A stretch of 64,000 nt of DNA. Origin: Glaucostegus cemiculus (taxonomy: Eukaryota). Position numbers and translations under genes: made by a program. This document shows, one piece after another, positions 1 to 12,237 of the stretch (positions are counted from its first letter, which is position 1; the number at the start of each line of letters is the position of its first letter). Under the pieces are notes generated by a model. The model was not told where the DNA came from. It searched no databases and was given only the letters and a program-made list of their open reading frames with translations. The DNA lies in assembly GCA_976551045.1 (NCBI GenBank), contig CDPCPM010000241.1, positions 5,270,001 to 5,334,000 of the forward strand, given 5' to 3'.

Positions 1-69
1 TGCTGATGACCACAGAAATTAGTTTTTGCATCATCTATGCTACAAGCAATTGCAGTCTAAGACTCCGAA

Positions 70-1620
70 CTTCAATGTCACCCTCATCAATAGCAAATCA
101 TTAAGGATTCAGGTTGACACAGCTGCAGTTTGTTTCATTACAGGGAAGGATACATATAACAAGCTTTTCCAATATCTACCTTAACCTTGAGCACAATCAT
201 TCTTAACAGTATACAGGAGAAATTATAAACTAATAGTTGGAGTAGACTAAGCCAAACACTCAAACCTGTTCAGCAGGGGTTGGCCCACAAAATTGAAACT
301 CATTTGGAAGGACGTAGCCAGCATTCATGCAAATACACCAAAGTGACAGTTAGAGATACTATTGTCCAAATTTCATTAAATCTTCAAAGATGCCAACACA
401 GAAATCACCCTATGCAAAGCAGATACCTGGATTAACCCTGGATGCCATGGCAGTGACTACAAAGCAAAGTTGGTTCCTTACTTCTTAAAGAACCAAGTGG
501 AAAAAGAACTTGAGAAGTTGGAAAGAAATGGAGTTTTGGTCAAAGGACCTCAGAGCAAATGGGAGATTCTGATAATGGTGGGACCGAATGGAGTTAAAAC
601 AGTAAATTCATGCAGTGGCTACAGATTAACATCAATTCGACAGGTGACGTGAGCAATATCCTTTACCATGTTCCCAAGACATGATGCACTATTGGCAGGA
701 TCGAAGGTTTTTATTAAACTTGATAAATGGCACCTTTATACACTGCTTGTTGTGGATAAGGACAGTTAGAAGGAGCTCACTATCAATACACATAAATGGC
801 TATACCCCTGCACTGAGTACAGAGACAAATAGTTTCCAAATCCGTTAGTCCCCCATGAAAAACATTTTGAAAGATAAAGTTACAATCAGAACAATCTATT
901 TTTTGCAACAGTGAGGGCAAAGGAAATTGTACATATTTTGTAGAATTCTGTATAATATATATATATGTGTGTGTGTTTGTGTGTAAGTACAATCAAAGGT
1001 GCGTACCTCAGTCTGGTAGTAGGTACTGATGGAGTGAAACCTGTTAAAGACAAGATTGATGCTATTCCGAAACCCAGGTAGCCAGGATACATCACAGAAG
1101 TTTGTTCTTTTCTGGGAATATTTAAATATCATTCCACATGGTTGCCTGATCTTGCAATGATGCTTACATCATTGTACCAAATTATTAAGAATGAGAAATG
1201 GAATTGGACTGATGTGCAACAGAAAGCATTTGATCAATGTAAGCACATTTTGAGTAGCAAATATCTTCTGGCTCACTACACGACAATGAGAACCCTAAAG
1301 CTTGCCTGTGTTGCTTCAAGTGAGGGCGTAGGTGCTGTCATCGACTATGTAATGGATGATGGGCAGGAGCAGCCCATACATTTGCTTCACATATTCTTGA
1401 CAAAAGCAAATGAAACTAAGCTCACATTGAGAAGGAAGTGGTAGCAATTATCTTCGGTGTGAATAAGTTTCATTAGTTCTTACGGGAATGACCCTTTGTC
1501 CTCATTACAGATCACAAACCATTATTAACAATCCTAAAGTAGCAATTCCAACAATCACAGCTTCCAGGATACAGGGGTGGACAGCTTCACTGTTACAGTG
1601 TGATTACAGCATCTGATTTA
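70..1620 (+). mobile_element. Degenerate Ty3/Gypsy LTR retrotransposon pol remnant (protease-RT-RNase H), frameshifted with stops
   Basis: LRIQVDTAAV protease-like motif at ~101-130. ORF 470-652 VPYFLKNQVEKELEKLERNGV is typical of the Gypsy RT N-terminus, with QYPLP at ~655. ORF 1142-1444 WNWTDVQQKAF...LACVASSEGVGAVI...GQEQPI is RT connection/RNase H, and PFVLITDHKPLL is at ~1492-1527. An unrelated segment with a (TA)/(TG) tract interrupts it at ~815-985. Confidence 0.88.
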
Positions 1621-2659
1621 TGATTTTTCACAAAAAAAAATCATTGACTCTTTGAGGTACATATGTTCAATTTACAAAGCTTTTTTTCTGCTATAATGAA
1701 TAGCATACAACTCTCCACCTATAGAAATACACTAAATACCCCTAACATATTTTGCCCAGTATTTTCAGTTTACAAAATTCAGCATAACAAGCTGTCTTCC
1801 AAGAACACATCCCTCTTGTAAATCAAGGAATGGCTGTAAATAATTGAACCAATAAAGCAAAATCACTCCAAGGTGATTATCACATAAATCATCTGATATA
1901 GCTGGTAAAAGTACGGTTTTAACACAGCAACTTGTAGAAAGGATTTCCTGGTTGCTCAAGTGAGATTCCTCAAGTGGCTCAGCAAGATCATCCTCTGAAG
2001 TCAACCTAAGAACATATTCAGAGAGTGGACCAGACTGCACAAGTGTCCAAATAAAAACTTACTGCCTAATTTGGAGGGGAGAGACGAGAGGTGGCAACTG
2101 TAGCAATGGGCAATGATTGGAAACAAAGATAAGAAATTTTGATTACGTGAAAGAGCTGATGTATGAGACTCAGCAATGGTACCTCAGTGAAGCTGTCCAA
2201 GTCAATGTTCATTGATCAGATGATAACAGCAAGAGACATGCTTGAAGGTACAGAAGTGATGTTTGATAATGAATCCATTTCTGGCAGTGACATAGAATCA
2301 CCCACTGTTGAAGAGACACAAAACAATGAAGTGATTAAGCCAAGAGGTTACATGTGTGCCAGATCAAGGAACTCAAACAATGTCAGAGGCAAGCATGTAG
2401 CTGAGACGGAACCAAAAAAAGGAAACGAAACAGTCTGCATCCCTAATGGCTGTTTACATGTGTAAAGAGTGTTCACACATTGGTTTTCAAAGAGGTGCAT
2501 TTATATGAAAATCGTGAATGTAATGATATTATCATGGGCATATATGATATAAGATGCACATGTCAGTTTGTCTTGCTGTTGGAAAATAGTTAAAGGCCTG
2601 GTCCTGGCAGAGATTATTGTGACTAAAGTACAACAGTATAGCCCTAATGACACCCCCAA

Positions 2660-2985
2660 GTACATTACATGTACCCTCCTGTGGTATGGGCCAGATGTGC
2701 ACATTCCTGTGCTAACAGGATGAGCAGGGATCCACTGTGCTAAGGCCTGCTGTGTACTTGATATTATATGTTAAGGGCATGATGACAATTCTCCTATATT
2801 AGGTGTCAGGTGTCAAACCTCCTGTGCATAAGTTTGGGAGTGCACACTCCTGTTTCAAGTAGGAGGTAAACTTTCTTGTACAAAGATACAGCTGTGCACT
2901 CTCCTGTAACAAGACCTGGGTGTACCCAACTGTACCATGAGTTGGGGATATGGATTACCCACAGCACAGGAGGGTGCATACCCTA
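2660..2985. repeat. Cluster of degenerate short repeats, approx. TGYRCACYCTCCTGT
   Basis: Copies include tgtaccctcctgtg, tgtgcacattcctgtg, aaacctcctgtg, gtgcacactcctgt, tgtgcactctcctgt, and one inverted copy (cacaggagggtgca, ~2965). Confidence 0.5.
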
Positions 2986-3596
2986 CAGCTACATCTGACC
3001 TTCTCTAACTTCCCCTCCTTTGCAATTGGCACAGAACATCTTCAAGTTCATGGTGCTTAGCTCCACACTGAATGGAAAGTAAAAATCATGATTTAAGTAC
3101 TTCCTTCATCTTAAAGTAATCACTTATCTGAGAGAATGGGAAATTCTGCTTCAGATTTTCAGGGCAATACAAGCCCAGATTTCCTGAAAGCTGCACCTGC
3201 CTTGAATGTTTGTGCTGTCAGCCGATCCTGTATGTGAGAAGATTCTGAGCAAATTCTCCAATGATCCAGACTTAAATCTATGTCATTACTGTCAAGATCT
3301 AATCATATATTCATTAATTTCTTATGTTAATAAAATGCTGCAACATGTAATATAAAGATGTAAAGACAGGCATGTGATTGTATTTTAGTAGCGAGTGCTA
3401 TTAGACAATGATACATGTCTCAATTACATTGATGGAGATAATTAAAGCTCGATGGATCATTAAAGGGTAATAAAGTAAATTGTTAATCTTACCCACCCTG
3501 CTGGCATAAATGTTTCTGACACCCACACCTGAAAAACACAACTGGTAGTTAACTTCCAGAAAATCTTGTATCCTCGAATAATGTTATATTCATTTC

Positions 3597-4145
3597 TGGG
3601 ATGTGAATGTTACCAACAAGATGATATTTATTGTCCATCTCTAACGGAGAAAGTGGCAGTAAAGTGACTTCTTGAACCACATCAGTCCATACAATGAATG
3701 TTTGGGTGATTCATGAGTGCCAATCAATTGGGTTGCTCAGTCCTTGAAGTTCCACTCATCCAGGCAAGTAGAGATCATTCAAATATACTCCAGATATACA
3801 CCTTGCAACTGGAGTAAAGGCTTTGAGATACCATTTGCTGCAGCATATCCATCCACTGAACTGCTCTAGTAATCTCAATATTCCTGTGGCTAGTCCAGTT
3901 AACATTCTTATTTCTGGTGACCAATAGATATTGATGACGGGGGACTCATGTTGTTGAACGGAAAGGGACACAATCTGGTTTATTGGTATTAGAAATGGTC
4001 ATGTTACTTGCCATTTATCTGCCCAAGCCTAAATGTTATCCAGGTTTTGTTGTATGCCGGCACGGATGACTTCATTTTCTGAGAAGCTGCGAATGGAAGT
4101 GAACATTATGTAATCATTTGCAACATCGCCGCTTCTAGCATTAGG
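3597..4145 (-). mobile_element. Old CR1/L2-clade LINE 3' fragment
   Basis: gggatgtgaatg...ttattgtccatctctaa...cttcttgaacc and gtgccaatcaa...cactcatccaggcaagtagagatcattc...ccttg resemble the reverse complement of an RT C-terminus (YKAQVRSVMEYSPLAWM-like) common in elasmobranch repeats. Confidence 0.65.
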
Positions 4146-4510
4146 ATGCAAAGAATTGATGGAAGAAGATTAGAGGAAATTATGATTGCAGGACTTACAG
4201 TTACTTGAAGTGCTGTGGAAAATGTAATTAGTGCAGAATTACATAAATTCTTTTAACATGTAACAACCACAAAGATTATATTGAAATTCTTCCAGCCACG
4301 TTTACATGCCAAGAATGTAACAGTATAAACAGTATAAACTACCGAATTGTGCTTTGAGGTTTTTTTTAAATATATTTGGTTATTATTCTCAGAAATATGT
4401 AGGAAGTACTTCGAATTCTTTCAAACAATTTTGCTTACTTGCGTTTGACCACAGCAGGTAAGTGATCAAGCAGGATGGACACCTTTGAAATAAAGACCCT
4501 TGATGTCTGG

Positions 4511-4524
4511 GCGCTCGGTGGCGC
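4511..4524 (+). promoter_or_regulatory. Candidate CTCF site (forward)
   Basis: GCGCTCGGTGGCGC, 12/14 match to CCRSYAGRKGGCRS, in a locally CpG-rich patch. Confidence 0.35.
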
Positions 4525-7196
4525 TGCAACACCGCCAGAGCCTCCAGAACAGAGCTTGTGACTGCTTAAATGATTGTACCACTTCTCGCACGAAGCAGGG
4601 ACAGAACAAAAGTACTTTGTGCCATTGTAGTGTTTCTTGGAAACATTAGTCAGAAGTAATGTAGAACCGTTCCCTGTTGGAGATTTTGTGTCCTAACTCC
4701 ATATCTAATTATACATATATATAGGCGCGTGTATGCAACTATGCAGATGTAATTTTAGATAATTTGTGCGCGAATGCGCATTATAATTAAGTACGTTGTT
4801 TATATTATTGCAGAGTAAAGAGCTATATATTAGTGTATGATACATAACCATGCATAATGCTCGAGCGTGCATATCCATGTTAGATACGTAAATAAGTCTA
4901 TAACATTTGTATGTATGCATCATGTGTATATGCATTATATGTGTGAATACCACACATCTGCATGTACATCTGTGTGTGTGTGTGTATTTAAATACAGATT
5001 GCTATGTTGTGTGCAAAGCTCCAATTGTAAACCCTCTCCGTTCAGCGGGGCGATGGATAGGTTCTTTCAGTGACGGTGTTTCCTCCATCAACCTTCCCCA
5101 AGCAACGAGACTGAGCAAGATCTGAGAAGTGAGAAATTAAACTGCTGTAACGACAGGCGGTGGTCTGCAGGGTGAGGAGAGGCACTGAGACTGTTAGTCA
5201 CCGTGCAGTATCTGTGAGATCCACACGCGGCGCTGAGAAACTGACAACAGTTTAACGCGGCGTTTTTTTCAATGACCTCATGGATTTGGTTTTTAACCAA
5301 GTGACCATTTTTACTGTTGAAAGTTTTAGTTACCCGTTGTTGTCTTCCCCCGGAGGTCCTGGCAGGCCGGTTGTAAAACATCTGCAGCGCCGACAGACTG
5401 ACGACCGTGTAACTTCCTTAGAACGTGTTCGCTCTTTTTTTCGATGTGTAAACTCTCGGCGGATTTTAGCTTTCTGCCGCCTGTTGAACTGATCGGCATG
5501 AGTTAATTCGAAGCATGTCCCCCAAGGAGCTAGACCCAGTCCTGGGGACCCCGCTAGACACAATAGAAATTTTCACCAAATTATAAAGGAACTCCTTCGC
5601 TTCAGTTTAGAAACCCCTTTCTCCACTCCCGATTTGAGAAGTTTTGATTAGATGTTCTGTCCTTTAAATCCTCTCTGGGCATGCTCTCAACGTGCATTCA
5701 CGTCTATATATTAATCTATTTATTTGGGTTTCTAGAGAATACCCGCATCTGTGGAGAAACTTAATCTTTAGAAAGCTGGATTTTCTGCATCCACTGCTTA
5801 AAGTAGCTTATTTCGATCTTATGGCTGAGAGCGGCTGAAGCGAGGTGAGCAGAGTCCCACAGTTAACGTTGCTCCGAGACTGCCAAAGATCTCTGCACTT
5901 ATTCTGCACTTCGTTTATCCCGCATCCCACAGCCAACCCTTATCCCTTCGGGCACATCCATAAAAGAGATATTTAATTCCGTAGACCACAAACTCATTTT
6001 TTTTAAAATCTAATTATTACAATTGTACGAATTTGTTTTGGAATATTCACTGTGCACTCCGCGCCAGATAATATGAGGTGTGGGAGAAAGTACCCCAATT
6101 GCCCTGGTAATTTTTCATTTGAATCTTGTCTTTGGGTCCAGTTTTGCATCTTCTGAATGCCCATTATTGTCTTCAATCAAAAAGATTATGGTATATGAGC
6201 GGTGACAGAGCTGTCTGTATCTATATTTTTCTACAACACGAAAAAAGATAAGATAATAGATCTCGAATAATACGTTCATTGCAGATGCGTTGTAGACGGT
6301 TGTTAGAAACTGATGGACGCAAACGGTAGATGGGTCGCTGCAGTAAACTCTCCTCATTGTCCGGTCACCTTTACTGGGACAAGCCTGAATAAGTGGGTTT
6401 CGGTCTAATTTTTGTTTAGGGAACTATATACCCAAGAACTTAGATCCTTTCTGATAGGACACCGTTTACTCAAATGTATTTCTCGCCGAGAATACCCGAG
6501 TGTGCACTTAACACATCAGGCGCACACATGCTATTCTTGCGTTTTTCGAGACTGTCTTCTGTCTTGTGGCCATCTAGAGTGTCGGAAGCAACATATTCGC
6601 TGGTTTTATGTATAAGAACTCTTCACATTCATAGGTCTCCTTTCTGTAGAACTCATCACTTCTCGGTCTATTCTGACAGACCTGAGTGCCCAGTCATGGC
6701 ACACAGACCGTATGGTCCGAACCAAGCCCGGCTGTTCTTTCCTCCTGAGTACACAGAAATTAAACTAAAGGAGATACGTTATCATGACCCTTCGGCCTCG
6801 AAGAGGAAATAATTAGAATGGGTAGTACAGAACAAAAAATATCACGGGCTTCAAGCAAAGTCGATCTGGGGTTATACGTGGCATGCGGTTAAGAAATGTG
6901 GTATATATGAAAATAATAATTTGATATGAGTTTGGCATGCTGGGTTAAAAATTGGAACGCCAATTGTTTTTTTTAATGTCTGGCATTTATTCCAAGCCTA
7001 TGAATCTTCCCAGGAAAATTGCAAACAAGTGGAAAACAATTTCCTTGAAAATTTAACAATATCTTTCCTTCTGAATATTAAATTATATCACAATACTTTC
7101 TTTGTCGAATCGAACCTATCTGCAGCAAATGAAATATCAGTTACACAACCATGAATGGAAATTAATCCAAATTATCGCGATCTTGACCGAAGCCCA

Positions 7197-7380
7197 AGCA
7201 ACAAACAATCTGCTTGAAGAACTCGGCGGGTCGGGCAGCATCATCCAGGTCCTGATGCAGGGTTTCGACCCGAAACGTGGATAATTGATCTCGACCTGCA
7301 GATGCTGCTCGACCCGCTGAGTTCTTCCAGCAGATTGTTTGTTGCTCTGGATTCCAGCATCTGCAACCTCCTGTGTCTCC
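7197..7380. mobile_element. Penelope-like pseudo-LTR foldback element with hammerhead-like core
   Basis: Inverted arms 7197-7242 and 7301-7346 (43/46 complementary) enclose CTGATGCA-GGGT-TTCG-ACCC-GAAAC-GTG. The tail (ggattccagcatctgca...tgtgtctc) is related to the Penelope terminus at ~14057. Confidence 0.8.
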
Positions 7381-7995
7381 GTTGACCGAAACCCGCCTGC
7401 CTTCGTTTTACTGTGATCTGAGACTAGCTCTCTCTGCATTTCCCTGCATTGCTTTTCGTATTTCCTGATGATCTTATCTTCCTGCCCTGCCCATGGTCAT
7501 GCAAAATGGTAGGCAGTGAATTTCCTGGTTGGGTTGGTTGCGGGACCATGCACATCGCAGGAATTATCCACTCCAGGACACGGCCGAACCTAACTTAATC
7601 GGAATTTCAGACAATGATTTTTTTTCTCTCTCTAACATTGTGAAGTAACTTAGTTGCAAATGGTGCGGACTCAGAAGCAATGTGCTTTGGGATTAACAGA
7701 TTATAGATTTGGTACACCCGGGTTGGTTAGGAATGCGTGCAAAGGAACTCATTCTGTTTTGTGAGCTCCCTTAAAGTTGAACAATGGGCCGGGTGTTTAC
7801 TGACTGAGCACCGGACAATCGGCAATTCATTCTTGGAGATGTGTCACCAAACCCCAAAGAAAAGCTAACATGACATCTGTTTTAATGGTTTCTTGCTAAT
7901 AAACTCTTATCCAATGGCGTCTTTGTTGAGACGTCAAAGATTATTTACAGAATCACTCAGTTTCTTTAATTGTTTCCTGATTGTTCCCTTCATTC

Positions 7996-8009
7996 CCGGT
8001 AGGTGGTGC
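7996..8009 (+). promoter_or_regulatory. Candidate CTCF site (forward)
   Basis: CCGGTAGGTGGTGC, 13/14 match to CCRSYAGRKGGCRS (C>T at position 12), in a GC/CpG-rich patch at ~7990-8120. Confidence 0.5.
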
Positions 8010-8145
8010 CGAGAAACATCGCGGACATAAGGGGCGAGCGCTCCTTCACAGCGGGCGGGCAGCAGAAGGAGCGCTAATTGTGAAGCCGGAGGGCCAAATC
8101 GGGCGGATTAGAGTCTGCGGATTGGGGCTCAATCAAAATCTGCCT

Positions 8146-8164
8146 CCCCCACCACCATCCCCCC

Positions 8165-8196
<32 letters not shown>

Positions 8197-8197
8197 G

Positions 8198-8231
<34 letters not shown>
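8146..8231. repeat. C-rich tract followed by compound (CT)n(CA)n microsatellite
   Basis: Directly visible. Confidence 0.97.
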
Positions 8232-8235
<4 letters not shown>

Positions 8236-9720
8236 CAAAAATCAAACTTCAGTGCAGATTCCTGTAAAAATGTTACCCTCCTACCACTCCATCTACATCT
8301 AATGCACAGCTACCCCAAACTCACAAATCCAAATGCACTCTTGCTTAAACCTAACATGAACACATTCAGATTTGCACAGACATCAAGACAAACTCAGTTA
8401 CAAACACTAATATTCACATTATCAATTGAAACAAATATTAATATGGTTTGCAAACATCAAAAAGTTATGCAAGTAATCAAGGTCTGGTACTTACAAGTAA
8501 AGCTCACACATCCCTCACACACATGGAGGACCACAAGTTCATAAATGCAATCCCAAATTTGGCTGCAAACTCAGAAATACAATTTCATAATGACTATAAA
8601 TTTGTAGACATGATTAAAACTTCATACAAACAATTTCATTATTAGTCCCAAATTTACACATAACATTTCAGATATGGTCACAGACTTACATTTGCTTTCA
8701 TATATGATCTCAAATGTAGGTGTGTTGTCCTATATAGGATACAAATGATTATGTAGAAATGCAAATGTACAATCTAATGAATAGTCACAAACTAAAACTC
8801 CAATAAAAACCTGTACACACATTTTTATGTTCAGATATTCCAACAGAAACTTATTGATTGTCATTTGTTAATATAATTAAAACATAAAATGTCATAATGA
8901 TGCACTAATCCAAAACTGAGACTGATGCTTCCATATTTCACCCATACACCCATATAATCAGGGATGTGCTGAAATATACAACACAAACTCTTATAATCAC
9001 ATTCTTTGTATATTGAAAATATCATGCATTCAGATTCAGAAGTACAACACAAATTCAATGGCATTTGTAAGGTTGACTCCTAAATGCACCAATTCAAACC
9101 AAAAAAATTAAATCATGCACTGATAATGGACCAATGCAAACTCTTACACACCTTTCTAAATGATTAGATGAAGACAAATGCTTTAGCAGCCACAACATAA
9201 ACTTGATAAAGTCTCCTGTACAACGGTGCAAATTCATGAACATTGGCAAACTTTTGCATTGCTCTGTATAAATATATAGATTTAATCATACATTCATGTA
9301 CACCAAGCTAAACTCATGGACACAATCATAATCTCAAATACACCATCACAACCTGCTGGACAGAATCACACTGTCACAAATATCAATAAAAGTTCATGGA
9401 AACAATTACTTTCTTACTTATACCAATACAGACTCATGTATGTGACAATACAAACTTGTGAGCATGATCACTCATACATCAATGTAAACCTAGGCATAAA
9501 CTCACCATTACAAACAGCCATATAGACGGTCAGACCACTTCACACTCCCATAAAAAGCAATACAAATTCATGGATGCCTTCACACACTGATACAATCCAA
9601 TACAATTTCTGCAGTTTACTTCCAAATGTAGTCACCATGACATCGACACAATTGAATTCATCTGTTCTGGGCAGCATTATACAAAACCTACAATAAGCAT
9701 TATTAACACTAACATTGACT
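8232..9720. repeat. A/C-rich, G-poor low-complexity region (decayed CA-type simple repeat)
   Basis: Recurrent acaca/tacaaa/ctcaca words, strong strand asymmetry, almost no CpG. Confidence 0.55.
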
Positions 9721-10924
9721 GAAAATATGACATGAACAAATGACTTATTTTGATCTGGTAGTATGTTAAAATATATATATATAAAACTTTTAAGGTATGA
9801 TTCTGAGCTTTTTCCGGCAGAGATAAACAATTGATCCATCTTCTCACTGGAATCCTTCAGAATAGTCATGAAATATTGCATTTTTGATTGTGATATATCT
9901 TAATCAAAACAGTCCAGAACTGGTGTAGCTTTGATTTGTTATCTCTTCTAATTTTGTGAAGATTACAGTATTTTGTTTTTGGTATCATATTGTTCTCCCA
10001 TTTGGTTGAGTTAATGTGAAGATACATTCAGAAATAGAAGGTGAAAGCTTCATGCTATGAATGCTGCCTCCAAAACGCAGTCCTTTGCTCAGTCTCATAT
10101 GGTAAATGCATTGTGTAATTGAGCTGTACAAATCAGAAACTGATCTCAGCTGGAGTGCCAGCAGAGAACTGCTGGCCCAGGCACCACTGCCCACAGAAGG
10201 TGAAGATTAATATGCATGACTCTTGGTCCTGCTCTGTATCCACTGACTTCTGTAGATCATGCACATGTATGGATGTCAGATGGGGACAGTTTTTGCCTCA
10301 CATGTGACAAGTGGACATTCATGGCATTCAAACCCCTGGAAGGATAGAATGTCCTCAGGAAAGAATGAACAATTTAAAAGGAGAAAATTGGCAAGAGGAC
10401 CTTTTTACAGAATAAACATATATAGAGGCATCCACTTGGTGTACCTTTTCTGCACATTTACAAATTCCAAGTCAAGACAAACTCTTGTTTCTTCTTTGTT
10501 GTGTTGTATTTTTTACACATGTGGCATTCACCAATGCTAATTCTAAAACAGTTTACCAGGTTTGTTTTTGGGTCAGTAAAATTTCCCATTAAAATAACTT
10601 ACCTGAACTTTTAACTTCCTCCTTTCTCTTTGGACATTCTGGCTCACACATGAATATGGCCACACAAAATCAGACATGTTTAGATGAAGAGACACAAACA
10701 TCATTTATGTAAAAGAATTGACAAACTGCTGAACTGATGCATACATACTCAATCACATAAACTGGCTGATGCAAGCATACACAATGAATTTTAGACATAC
10801 AAAGTCTCAGGCTATTGTGCACATTGGCAGAAGTATTCACTGCAATAAGAATAAAAATGAAATTATAAAATAATGTTCATACAAAGACAAAAATGAGCTC
10901 AGATGGAAAGTTTCAGCTTTCATA

Positions 10925-11215
10925 ATCCTGAACTTGGGTGCTGTCTATCTGGAGTTTGCACATTTTCCCTGTGAATGGATGTGTTACTTTCTGTTTCCTC
11001 CAACATCTCAAGAACGTGTGGATTGAAGGGTTAATCGGCCACTGTAAATTGCCCCCCGTATGCAAGTGAGTTGTAGAATCTGGGGGGAATTAATAGTAAT
11101 GCAGGGTGAATAAAATGGGATTAGTGTAGGATTGGTGTAAAATGAGTGCTTGATGGTCAGGGGGATTTAGTGGGCCAAAGAGCCTGTTTCCATGCTGTAT
11201 GATTCCAAGACTCTA
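10925..11215 (+). mobile_element. V-SINE (HE1-like), 5'-truncated, with CR1/HER1-type 3' tail
   Basis: V-domain-like gctgtctatctggagtttgcacattttccctgtg...tttcctccaacatc and tail gtgggccaaagagcctgtttccatgctgtatga, which is shared with the LINE end at ~13700. Confidence 0.85.
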
Positions 11216-12237
11216 ACAATGTCCAGAAATTATATTGCACAGTAGGTTGCAGTGAAAATCTACATGAATAATAGGAAGAGGCCATTGTCTCACCCAATCC
11301 TTTCCTGCAAACCAACACATGCACATTGAAAACTCACTAATAATACTATTGTCGTTCTCACTCAAAACGTATTGATATTTGATTTAAAATGCAATTTTTG
11401 GAATTCAAGATGATATAAAAACAAACTGTTATGAAGCAGAAGGTATAGTCCAAGCATATTTGAAATTGTTATTTTCAGGCATATTTGCATTTCCAAAATA
11501 ATCTCATATTGTCAGAAACATATTTTAAGGTTCTGAGATTTGTCTGTATCACTCACCAACACAGTCAATGATCAAGTATTTAGATGTATTCTAGCAGAAT
11601 AGTATACTGTCAGGCTTGAAAATGCACCCACTGACTCTTAATCACATCCTTTCATATCTTCTCAAGCATAAACTTGGAGGCTTGGATGATTTACTGTATA
11701 TCTCCAACACAGTGGCTATTCTTGACTAGGCAGAAAACATACCATGATATAAATCATGGACAATATACTGTCCTGGACTCTTTTTAATTGTCTAGTGGGA
11801 TAAGAAATGATATCTTTTCTTCCTTTTACCACTTGCACTTTTAATCGGAGTTTCAGCTTGTGACAGAGTCAAGTCTCTGGACTTGATGCATGAGGCAATA
11901 CATCAGTATGGAGGGATCTAAATGGATCAGGTAGTCTTTTCCTGTTCCATATTTCAATGGGTTCATAAACAGACATGAACTCATAACTCCAAAAAGATAA
12001 ACAAAAGAGTCTGCCTGATTGACAACCATGGACAAAATAATCTCCAGCCTTTGCATAGCCCCAAATGTCCTAAGTGTGCTTTCCAATATGTCCACTTAAG
12101 AGTCAGAAGACACTATTTCATTTTTGAAATTAAAAGTTTGCAGTGTGAGAGTATGTCACAAAAGTTCCTTAACTTCATTGGGTTGCACTGAACACATATA
12201 CAAGGAAATGTAGAATTTATTTCCAGCCATCTCCCCA

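Noticed and set aside
2163-2465. 100-aa ORF after the Gypsy remnant
   Set aside because: No integrase, chromodomain or other recognisable motif, and no evident splice structure.
7981-8544. 187-aa ORF and other long ORFs (14030-14632, 29403-29840, 52636-53064)
   Set aside because: They stay open only because they cross microsatellites or low-complexity TE linkers.
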